In this document: positions 1 through 7,287 of the stretch, piece after piece
Numbering within the stretch: the first letter of the stretch is position 1
Layout: every line of letters starts with the position of its first letter
Translations under genes and position numbers: made by a program
NCBI GenBank assembly: GCA_027403435.1
Contig: DAHZDR010000164.1
Span: forward strand, 1 to 26,050
DNA: 26,050 nt
From: Deltaproteobacteria bacterium
GTDB taxonomy: Bacteria; Desulfobacterota; Binatia; Binatales; Binataceae
Direction: 5' to 3'
Notes under the pieces: generated by a model
What the model saw: only the letters and a program-made list of their open reading frames with translations
What the model was told of the DNA's origin: nothing
Database searches by the model: none

Positions 1-2
1 CC

Positions 3-101
3 CTGTTCTCCCCCTACACTTGCCAGGTCCCCACCGACCAGGAGCAGGCGGTGACCACTAAAATGGTGGGGATCGTCCGCCAACACCTCACGATCCCATA
101 A
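3..101 (+). CDS. 3' end of an upstream gene (partial, LFSPYTCQVPTDQEQAVTTKMVGIVRQHLTIP*), product unknown
   Basis: Frame 3 is open from the window edge to TAA at 99-101, with mostly G/C third positions. It is too short to assign a family. Confidence 0.35.
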   Translation: MFSPYTCQVPTDQEQAVTTKMVGIVRQHLTIP

Positions 102-240
102 TGCGCGGCGCGGTCCCAGGTCCGCGCCAACGAGGAGAAAAAAGGTCGATCCGGTAACCAATCCCCAATCGCCGGGCGAGGCGCCGTCGAAGCCGGTTTT
201 CGCCCCGATACGGTCCAAAATTGCGGTTATCGCGCGGATT

Positions 241-320
241 TGCGACTAATAATAAATTTTTAGTTTTTTAAGCATATCTCTACTAGCTGAATAATATAAA
301 TGGCGCAAGCTAATCTTTTT
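241..320 (+). promoter_or_regulatory. AT-rich upstream/promoter region of the LLM monooxygenase gene
   Basis: Strongly AT-rich tract (gactaataataaatttttagttttttaagc...gaataatataaa) in a GC-rich window. It contains ACTAA-N10-TTAGT (245-264) and a TAATAT -10-like hexamer (292-297). Confidence 0.4.
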
Positions 321-420
321 GAACTCGAAGGCGTTGTGTGGAAAATGCGGGCGCAATCGGCGATGCTGTCCTCGCCGTCCGTGACACTACGGCGGGAAAA
401 CCATCAGGAGCCACGAATCG

Positions 421-1578
421 ATGAAGGTTTCGCTTTTTTATCTCCCGTCAGTCGGCAGCCGCGCCGAAATCGAACAGGGGATGGTCGGATTGCGCGGCGA
501 CGTCTATGACCGGATGCTGCGCGAAATCACCGAGCAGGCGCAGTTGGCGGACCAACTCGGCTACGACTCGATCAGCTTCACCGAGCATCACTTTCACGCC
601 GAGGGTTTCGAGGTTTCGAACAATCCGGTGATGCTCGATCTGTATATCGGGATGCAGACCAAGCGGCTGCGCGTCGGCCAGCTTGGGATTGTTCTGCCGG
701 CGAATAATCCGATTCGCGTGGCCGAGGATACCGCGATGCTCGACCATATGACGGGCGGGCGCGCCAACGCCGGCTTCGCGCGCGGCTATCAGCGCCGATG
801 GGTCGATATCATGGCGCAGCAGACCCACGGCATCCACGGCGCCCAGCCGCATCAGCACGACGCGATCGACGACGCCAATCGAGCGGCGTTCGAGGAATGT
901 TACCGGATTATCAAAAAGGCCTGGACCGAGGACATGCTTTCCTACGACGGGCGCTACTGGCGGATTCCGCCGGGCGAGACGCCGTGGAATATCGAGGCGA
1001 CCCAAAAATGGGGCCGCGGCGTCGAAAACGGCGTCGTTAAAGCGGTCAGCGTCGTGCCCAAGCCGGTGCAGAAGCCGCATCCGCCGATTTTTCAGCCCTT
1101 TGCGTCCTCGGAGCGCAGTATCCGCTGGTGCGCGCAGGAAGGCGTGACCGCGGTAATTCCGCCGCTATTTCCCGACTACGAACGCCAATTGGCCGATCTC
1201 TACGCCGAGGTCTCGGGCAAGCCGGTGGGCGAAGGCATGGGCGTGCTGCGCGACGTGATTATCGCGGATACCGACGAAGAGGCGCGCGCGCTCTGGAAGC
1301 AGAGCGGCTATTTCTGCGGCCACGAATGGTTCGAGCCGTTCGGTTTTTCCAAGGCGATGAACGATCCCAAGACCGGCGTGGCGCCCGACATCTTCGAGAA
1401 CAGCCTGGCGCTGGTCGGCTCGCTCGACACCGTGACGCGCCAGCTCGAACGCTTGCAGGCGCGGCTGCCGGTCAAGTGGCTTTTCGCCTGGATGTACAAC
1501 GGCCTGGTTTCGCACGAGCGCAACCTGAAGATCCTCGAGCAGTTCTGGACCAAGGTGCTGCCGCGCGTCGCCGGATGA
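421..1578 (+). CDS. LLM-class (luciferase-like) flavin-dependent oxidoreductase/monooxygenase, 385 aa
   Basis: Motifs A-x-LADQLGYDSISFTEHHF, PIRVAEDTAMLDHMTGGR, GFARGY, PKPVQKPHPPI and ALVGSLDTV. AGGAG RBS at 406-410. Confidence 0.93.
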   Translation: MKVSLFYLPSVGSRAEIEQGMVGLRGDVYDRMLREITEQAQLADQLGYDSISFTEHHFHAEGFEVSNNPVMLDLYIGMQTKRLRVGQLGIVLPANNPIRVAEDTAMLDHMTGGRANAGFARGYQRRWVDIMAQQTHGIHGAQPHQHDAIDDANRAAFEECYRIIKKAWTEDMLSYDGRYWRIPPGETPWNIEATQKWGRGVENGVVKAVSVVPKPVQKPHPPIFQPFASSERSIRWCAQEGVTAVIPPLFPDYERQLADLYAEVSGKPVGEGMGVLRDVIIADTDEEARALWKQSGYFCGHEWFEPFGFSKAMNDPKTGVAPDIFENSLALVGSLDTVTRQLERLQARLPVKWLFAWMYNGLVSHERNLKILEQFWTKVLPRVAG

Positions 1579-1740
1579 CCGCGGCGTCCCGCGCGGCCGG
1601 CGCGAATAGTCGGCTGACGCAATCAAGCGCGTGCGGCGCGGCGCAAGAAGGCGCCCGCGCGCGGGACTCGGGATTTTCTTTACCCAGCGCCCGCCGCGAC
1701 GCATGATAGTGGCCGATCATTCATCTAGCGCGAGGTTGCC

Positions 1741-2508
1741 ATGAATTTGCAGGATGCGGTTGCGATAATCACGGGCGGCGGTTCCGGACTGGGCGAAGCG
1801 ACGGCGCGCGCCTTCGCCGCCGACGGCGCCAAAATCGCCGTGCTCGACCTGCCCAATTCTCCGGGCGCGAAAGTCGCCGAAAGCTTTGGCGAGCGCGGCC
1901 TGTTTACGCCCGCCGACGTCGTCTCCGGCGAAGGCGTGGAGGCGGCGATTGCCGCCGCCGTCAAACGCTTCGGCACGCTCCATATCGCCGTTAATTGCGC
2001 CGGCGTCGGCCGCGCGATGCGCACGGTCACCCGCGAGTCGCCGCATTCCCTCGAACTCTTCACCAAGGTCATCCAGATTAATCTGATCGGCACCTTCAAC
2101 GTAATCCGGCTGGCGGCGAATCAGATGGCGAAAAATTCGCCGAACGGCGAGGGCGAGCGCGGGGTGATTATCAATACGGCGTCGATCGCCGCTTACGACG
2201 GCCAGATTGGGCAGGCCGCCTATGCGGCGTCGAAGGCGGGCGTGGTCGGGATGACCTTGCCGATCGCGCGCGATCTGGCCTCGTTCGGCGTCCGCGTCTG
2301 CACGATCGCGCCGGGCACGTTCGACACGCCAATGCTGGCGCTGTTGCCGGAACCGGCGCGCAAGGCGCTCGGCGCCCAGATCCCATTTCCGCCGCGGCTC
2401 GGCCATCCGGAGGAATACGCCTCGCTGGCGCGGGAAATCGTGCGCAATTCGATGCTGAACGGCGAGACGATCAGGCTGGACGGCGCCTTGCGGATGGCGC
2501 CGCGTTGA
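1741..2508 (+). CDS. Short-chain dehydrogenase, HSD10 / type II 3-hydroxyacyl-CoA dehydrogenase-like, 255 aa
   Basis: TGGGSGLG, NCAG, GERGVIINTASIAAYDGQIGQAAYAASK (YxxxK) and C-terminal LNGETIRLDGALRMAPR, typical of the HSD17B10 subfamily. GAGG RBS. Confidence 0.93.
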   Translation: MNLQDAVAIITGGGSGLGEATARAFAADGAKIAVLDLPNSPGAKVAESFGERGLFTPADVVSGEGVEAAIAAAVKRFGTLHIAVNCAGVGRAMRTVTRESPHSLELFTKVIQINLIGTFNVIRLAANQMAKNSPNGEGERGVIINTASIAAYDGQIGQAAYAASKAGVVGMTLPIARDLASFGVRVCTIAPGTFDTPMLALLPEPARKALGAQIPFPPRLGHPEEYASLAREIVRNSMLNGETIRLDGALRMAPR

Positions 2509-2516
2509 GGTCGCGG

Positions 2517-2539
2517 CCAGCGCCGCTGACGGCGGCTGG
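2517..2539. terminator. Possible hairpin between the convergent SDR and secreted-protein genes
   Basis: ccag-cgccg-ctga-cggcg-g-ctgg gives a 9-bp stem with one bulge. There is no adjacent U-tract. Confidence 0.25.
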
Positions 2540-2595
2540 AGGGCGATGGGTCGTTTTTCCGCCGCCCCGCGCGCGCAGCGTAAATCGTCGCGCGG

Positions 2596-3207
2596 TTAGT
2601 GGGTCGCGGCGGCCTGGGGCTTCGGCGCGGACGCGACGGCTGGCGCCGCCCCACTCGCTGGCGGCGTGGCGGCGGCTTTCACCGGACTGAGCGGCCGCGC
2701 GCCGCCCGGCTTCACCGCCGTTTCGTCCGCATTCGGGGTGTCGGTCGTGATGGCCGTGATTAGCATCCCCTGCTGGTAGCGCGGGCCGCCGACGATCAAA
2801 ATGCCGTGATTCATCAGTTTGACGTCGGTTGACATGATCGGCCGCGCGCCGTCGAACAGGATCAACTCCATCGCGATCATCCCGTCTTCGATTGCGCGCG
2901 GCGCGATATGGAGGATACGGCCGCCGGGCAACTCGAACGCGACCATCCGGCCGATTACCGTGTTCTGCTCCTGACGGTAGAGCAGCCGATAAGTGCTGAA
3001 TTGGAAGAGCGCCTGTAGCCGATCGCCCATCGCCGTATGCGCCAGCCGCTGGTCCATGCCTTCGGCGGTGTTGGCGGCCAGCACGGATTCGACTTTGATG
3101 CGGATTTTGTGGGCGCCTTCATGAGCCCAGGCGCCGCCCACCCAAGTGCCCGTCAGGACGATCAGGAAGAGCGGCAGCATGGGCGCAAAGGCGCGACGCG
3201 AAGTCAT
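2596..3207 (-). CDS. Secreted hypothetical protein, third gene of the ECF operon, 203 aa
   Basis: Starts 2 nt after the anti-sigma stop. Signal peptide MTSRRAFAPMLPLFLIVLTGTWVGGAWA|HEG, a predicted beta-rich core (FQFSTYRLL...LIVGGPRY) and a Pro/Ala-rich tail. Confidence 0.85.
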   Translation of the reverse strand: MTSRRAFAPMLPLFLIVLTGTWVGGAWAHEGAHKIRIKVESVLAANTAEGMDQRLAHTAMGDRLQALFQFSTYRLLYRQEQNTVIGRMVAFELPGGRILHIAPRAIEDGMIAMELILFDGARPIMSTDVKLMNHGILIVGGPRYQQGMLITAITTDTPNADETAVKPGGARPLSPVKAAATPPASGAAPAVASAPKPQAAATH

Positions 3208-3209
3208 AA

Positions 3210-3833
3210 TTAGCGCGACTGATCGGGCAGCCAGATGACGGTCGTATCGTTTTCCGGCTCGCTCCAGACGGCGACCGATGGATTGTCCGCCTCGAGCCGC
3301 GAAATCACGGCGCTCGGGCGATTCCCCTTGCTTGAGTTGGCGAGCGCGTCGTCAACCGGCTGCACGGCGGACGCGACCGGCGTGGCGCTCGCCCGGCGCG
3401 GGATCGCGGGCGGCGTCTGGCTGGCCGACGCGAGTTGGCTGGCGCGCGGCGCCGCATGGCGGCTCAGCATAAATTGGCGCGCGTAAGGCGTGATTAACAC
3501 GGCGGTGACAATCGCCACGGCCGCAGCCGCCATCCCGCCGGTTAGCGCGCCGCCGAAGCTGGCGGCGAGTTCGCCGAAAAACTTTCTTACCCGCGTCGGG
3601 AACGGCGCTGGCAGGCGCTCGATACGCGCCGTTACGGCGCTGGCGAAACCGTTCAAATCGGGCAGCGGCAGCGTGCCCCGCAGCGCGACGCCCAGCCGCC
3701 GATAGGCGGCAAGCTCAGCTTCGCAGTCGGCGCAGCCGACGACATGCCGCGCCACCTCCTGCATCTCGTGCGGTTCCAACTCGGCGTCTTCAAAGGCGCC
3801 AAGCAACAGCTTGATGTCGTCGCATCGTGCCAT
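3210..3833 (-). CDS. Zinc-finger (ZAS / zf-HC2) transmembrane anti-sigma factor, 207 aa
   Basis: N-terminal C4...HVVGCADC (HxxxCxxC), one TM segment (GMAAAAVAIVTAVLITPY) and an extracytoplasmic tail ending ENDTTVIWLPDQSR. It lies 6 nt downstream of the sigma gene. Confidence 0.9.
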   Translation of the reverse strand: MARCDDIKLLLGAFEDAELEPHEMQEVARHVVGCADCEAELAAYRRLGVALRGTLPLPDLNGFASAVTARIERLPAPFPTRVRKFFGELAASFGGALTGGMAAAAVAIVTAVLITPYARQFMLSRHAAPRASQLASASQTPPAIPRRASATPVASAVQPVDDALANSSKGNRPSAVISRLEADNPSVAVWSEPENDTTVIWLPDQSR

Positions 3834-3839
3834 TGTGGT

Positions 3840-4418
3840 TCAATCCCCGTCCAGGTCCTTGAGGATGGAGCGCAGGCGGCTGCGCGCATAATGCAGCCGG
3901 CTCATCACAGTGCCGCGCGGAACGTCGAGCATTTCACTTATCTCGTCGTATGAGAGGCCTTCCACTTCGCGTAGCAGTATCACGGCGCGATGTTCCGGCG
4001 TCAACTGCGCCAATGCGCCGGAAAGGCGCTGATGGAGTTCGCCGCGCGCGGTTTCACGGAACGAATCGCCAAGCTTGCTTGGCATTCGCTCGATTTCGTT
4101 TTCCGCCTCTTCGCCGCGCAAAATCGTGTGACGACCCTCGCGCCGGCGAAAGTCGATCGCGAGGTTTGCCGCGATTCGGTAAAGCCAGGTGGAGAAACTC
4201 GAGCGCGATTCGAACTTGCCGACATTTTCATAAGCGCGAACAAAGGTTTCCTGAGCCAGTTCGACAGCGTCGTCCAGGTTGTGCACCACCGCTTGCGCGA
4301 CGCCCACCACGCGCCGCTGATAACGCTCCACCAACGCGCCAAAGGCCTGCGTGTCACCCTGTTGGGCCCGCCGGATCAGTTCGGTTTCGTTGGCCTCTGG
4401 GGACGTTGGTCTACTCAA
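3840..4418 (-). CDS. ECF sigma-70 family RNA polymerase sigma factor (RpoE/SigW-like), about 192 aa
   Basis: Region 2 AFGALVERYQRRV...DAVELAQETFVRAY...FSTWLYRIAANLAID and region 4 LREVEGLSYDEISEMLDVPRGTVMSRLHYAR. I moved the start from TTG 4445 to the in-frame TTG 4418 because 4445 lies inside the predicted promoter. Confidence 0.95.
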   Translation of the reverse strand: MSRPTSPEANETELIRRAQQGDTQAFGALVERYQRRVVGVAQAVVHNLDDAVELAQETFVRAYENVGKFESRSSFSTWLYRIAANLAIDFRRREGRHTILRGEEAENEIERMPSKLGDSFRETARGELHQRLSGALAQLTPEHRAVILLREVEGLSYDEISEMLDVPRGTVMSRLHYARSRLRSILKDLDGD

Positions 4419-4423
4419 GAGGT

Positions 4424-4451
4424 TTAGACGGCGGTAAGGCGCCAAAATTCA
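4424..4451 (-). promoter_or_regulatory. ECF (sigmaE-type) autoregulatory promoter TGAATTT-N15-GTCTAA
   Basis: GAATTT (4450-4445), exactly 16 nt, then TCTAA (4428-4424). This matches RpoE/AlgU geometry (GAACTT-N16-TCTAA) and lies directly upstream of the ECF gene. Confidence 0.6.
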
Positions 4452-4472
4452 TGCGCAATGGGCGGTTTTTTT

Positions 4473-7079
4473 CTATTCAGGCGTCAGTTCCGCCCAGTTC
4501 GCTCCGGATTTCAGTTCGACTTTCAGGGGCGCCCGCAACGCCGCCGCGCCCTCCATCTCGCGCCGCACCGCGTCGCTGACCGCCGCAAGGCTGTCCCGCG
4601 CCACTTCGAGCAGCAGTTCGTCATGCACTTGAAGCAAGATGCGCGCCGCCAGCTTCCGATCGCAAATCACGGAATGCAAGCGCACCATCGCGAGCTTGAT
4701 CAAATCCGCCGCGCCGCCCTGAATCGGCGTATTGATCGCGATGCGCTCGGCCTGGGCGCGCGCGCCGCCTTGCGGACCGTTCAAATCCGGCAGATAACGC
4801 CGCCGCCCGTACATCGTTGCGACATAGCCGCGTTCGCGCGCTTCGGCGAGCGTCCGTTCGAACCATTCGCGCACGCCGGGCAGCCGCTCGAAATAGCGCT
4901 TGATATAGTCCCCCGCCGCATTTTGCGAAATGCCCAGCTCGCCCGCCAGCCGCTGCGGCCCCATCCCATAGATAATGCCGAAGTTGATGACCTTGGCGCG
5001 CCGCCGCGCCTCCGCGTCGAGCCGATCCGGCGCCACGCCGAGCACTTCGCTGGCGGTGCGCGCATGAATGTCCTCGCCACGCACGAAGGCTTCGATCAGC
5101 GTCGCCTCGCCGGCCAGATGCGCCAGGATGCGCAGTTCGATCTGCGAATAATCCGCCGACAACAGGAGCTGTCCGGGCGGCGCCGTAAAGGCGCGGCGGA
5201 TACGCCGGCCCGCCTCGGTGCGAGTCGGGATATTCTGCAGATTCGGCTCGGTCGAGCTGAGCCGGCCAGTGGCGGTCAGCGCCTGATGGAAATTCGTATG
5301 GATACGGCCGTCGGCGGGGTCGATCAGCGCCGGCAGCGCGTCGCAGTACGTTGACTTAAGTTTGGCCAAAGCGCGGTATTCCAGAATCAACTGTGGCAAC
5401 GGATGGATCGCGGCGAGCTTTTCGAGCGCGTCGGCGTCGGTGGAATAGCCGCTTTTAGTCTTCTTCAGCCCCTTTGCGGTCAGTTTGAGCCGCTCGAACA
5501 AAACCTCGCGCAGTTGATTCGGCGAATTCAGATTGAACGGTCCGCCCGCCTGTTCATGAACTTGGCGTTCGAGCCGCTCCAGATGGCCGCCGAATTCCGC
5601 CGAGAGCGCCGCCAGCGCGTCGGCGTCAACGGCGATTCCGGCCGCCTCAAGCGCGGCCAATACGCGCGCCGTCGGCAATTCGATTTCGTTGAACAGGCGT
5701 TCAAGCTGCTGTTCGCGCAGTTTCGGCGCGAGCGCCGTCCGCGCCGCTTCGATCGCCGCCGGCTCCGCGCCCGGCGCGATCGTTGCGGCGGGGCCGATTC
5801 CGGTGTGCGATAAATCTTCAAGTGATGGTTCAGGTTTGGCCGGATTGGCGAGAAAACCGGCGAGCAGCGTATCGAAATCGACGCCGTTCAGGCCGCTCCC
5901 GAGTCCTTGCGCGATCCGGAGCTGGCGTTTCAGGTCGTGGCAGGCTTTGCCTGGCGCGGGCGCGGCCAGCAGCGGCAACGCGGCGGCGAGCGAATCGTCC
6001 GAAAAGACGAAGATGCGTTCGTCGTCGGCCGCTTTCACCGCGAGCGACGCGCCCGCGGCCGCGCTGGCCGGCGTCAAATGGACGGCGAGCCGTGAGGCGC
6101 CCCGGAGCGTCCCGAGCGCCGCCGCGACGCCATCTTGGGTGACCGGACACAACGTCTCCTGGCGCGCCGCCGGCGCCTCGGGAGCGCCGCCCAGCTCCGT
6201 CAGCATCGTATGGAATTCGAGTTCCCGCAGCAGCGCGCGCATCGCGTCAAGGTCGATGCCCGGCCAGACGAGGTCCTCGGGGCCGAAATCCAGCGGCACG
6301 TCGGTGTCGATGCGCACCAGCTTGCGGGCCAGCTCGATTTCAGCGCGATGGGCGGGGATGCGCGCGGCGAGATCCTTCGGCAGGCGCGCCTTAATTTCGT
6401 CCAGACGGTCGAGGCCGGCAAAGAGCTTATCAAGGCCGCCGAAATGCTGAATCAGCGCGGACGCGGTCTTGGGGCCAACCCCGGGCAGCCCTTTGACGTT
6501 GTCGATCGCGTCGCCGGTGAGCGCCATGATATCGACCACCGCGGGCGGTTCGACGCCGAACTGTTCGCGCACCTCGCGCAGGCCCACGCGCCGGTCGTTC
6601 ATGGTGTCCCACAGCGTGATTGCGGGCGTGACCAGTTGCTTGAAATCCTTGTCGCCGGTGACGATTACCACCTTCATGCCGGCGCGCGCGGCGCGCCTGG
6701 CGAGCGTGCCGATCACGTCGTCGGCTTCGACGCCGGAGATCACGATCGGCCGAATCCGCATCGTGGCGACCGCCCGCTGGATGTACGGGATTTGCGGCGC
6801 GAGGTCGGGCGGCGTGGCGGCGCGATTGGCTTTGTAGGGCGTGAAGAGATCGTCGCGGAAAGTCTTGCCGGCCGCGTCGAAAACCACCCCGATATGGGTG
6901 GGATGGGCGTCCTTCAGCAGCTTCAGCAGCATCCGGATGAACCCGTAGGTTGCGCCGGTGGGCAGGCCGCGGGAATTGCTCAACGGCGGCAGCACGTGGA
7001 AGGCGCGAAAGATAATCCACGTGCCGTCAACCAGGTGGAGGGTGCGCTCGCCGTCAGCCGCGATGGATGGAGCCGCCAT
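4473..7079 (-). CDS. polA: DNA polymerase I, 868 aa
   Basis: 5'-3' exonuclease (LVDG...FRAFH, EADDVIGT, TGDKD, DNVKGLPGVGPKTA) and polymerase motifs A (DYSQIELR), B (RRRAKVINFGIIYG) and C (QVHDELL). Start trimmed from 7229 to ATG 7079 (MAAPS). Confidence 0.98.
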   Translation of the reverse strand: MAAPSIAADGERTLHLVDGTWIIFRAFHVLPPLSNSRGLPTGATYGFIRMLLKLLKDAHPTHIGVVFDAAGKTFRDDLFTPYKANRAATPPDLAPQIPYIQRAVATMRIRPIVISGVEADDVIGTLARRAARAGMKVVIVTGDKDFKQLVTPAITLWDTMNDRRVGLREVREQFGVEPPAVVDIMALTGDAIDNVKGLPGVGPKTASALIQHFGGLDKLFAGLDRLDEIKARLPKDLAARIPAHRAEIELARKLVRIDTDVPLDFGPEDLVWPGIDLDAMRALLRELEFHTMLTELGGAPEAPAARQETLCPVTQDGVAAALGTLRGASRLAVHLTPASAAAGASLAVKAADDERIFVFSDDSLAAALPLLAAPAPGKACHDLKRQLRIAQGLGSGLNGVDFDTLLAGFLANPAKPEPSLEDLSHTGIGPAATIAPGAEPAAIEAARTALAPKLREQQLERLFNEIELPTARVLAALEAAGIAVDADALAALSAEFGGHLERLERQVHEQAGGPFNLNSPNQLREVLFERLKLTAKGLKKTKSGYSTDADALEKLAAIHPLPQLILEYRALAKLKSTYCDALPALIDPADGRIHTNFHQALTATGRLSSTEPNLQNIPTRTEAGRRIRRAFTAPPGQLLLSADYSQIELRILAHLAGEATLIEAFVRGEDIHARTASEVLGVAPDRLDAEARRRAKVINFGIIYGMGPQRLAGELGISQNAAGDYIKRYFERLPGVREWFERTLAEARERGYVATMYGRRRYLPDLNGPQGGARAQAERIAINTPIQGGAADLIKLAMVRLHSVICDRKLAARILLQVHDELLLEVARDSLAAVSDAVRREMEGAAALRAPLKVELKSGANWAELTPE

Positions 7080-7093
7080 AGATGGATTCGCCC

Positions 7094-7121
7094 AGCCTAA
7101 CGAAACGCGCGGGCAAAGCAA
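7094..7121 (-). promoter_or_regulatory. Candidate sigma70 promoter for polA, TTGCTT-N16-TAGGCT
   Basis: Hexamers at 7121-7116 and 7099-7094, 14 nt upstream of the ATG. The match is weak. Confidence 0.3.
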
Positions 7122-7148
7122 AAGTCGGCGGGAATTAATTGAGCTATA

Positions 7149-7177
7149 TTGACAGTTTGGGCGTGGGAGTCTTAACT
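7149..7177 (+). promoter_or_regulatory. Candidate sigma70 promoter for the ABC operon, TTGACA-N17-TTAACT
   Basis: Perfect -35 at 7149-7154 with a 17-nt spacer. The -10 is imperfect and lacks the conserved A at position 2. Confidence 0.35.
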
Positions 7178-7202
7178 GATCCATTCGACTGGCCATGCAA
7201 CC

Positions 7203-7230
7203 TGAATGAAAGCTCAGCGGTAACGTCAAT
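7203..7230 (+). promoter_or_regulatory. Candidate ECF-type promoter TGAATGA-N15-GTCAAT upstream of the ABC operon
   Basis: Same TGAAT and CGTC-W-A elements, with identical spacing, as the promoter in front of the neighbouring ECF gene (4451-4424). Confidence 0.45.
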
Positions 7231-7287
7231 TTTGATTAACGCGAGATGGGCGCGGGGGTTCGCGGCGCCGGCGGAGCGGTCGAGCGG

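Noticed and set aside
301-315. TGGCGC as a sigma54 -24 box (also TGGCAT...TTGC at 22406-22423)
   Set aside because: The GG-N10-GC spacing is not met: there is no GC at -12 in the first, and it is 3 nt too far in the second.
300-509. 69-aa ORF starting in the AT-rich region
   Set aside because: It overlaps the LLM start out of frame, has no RBS and shows no recognisable features.
421-1578. Bioluminescence (luxA) interpretation of the luciferase-like gene
   Set aside because: There is no luxB or luxCDE. LLM-family members are widespread non-luminescent oxygenases.
7080-7229. 50-aa N-terminal extension of PolA (and similar extensions of acpS, the acyl-CoA dehydrogenase, the SDR, DUF4340 and DUF6178 in the ORF track)
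   Set aside because: The extensions run through promoter-like intergenic DNA. Downstream starts match the family N-termini or have an RBS.
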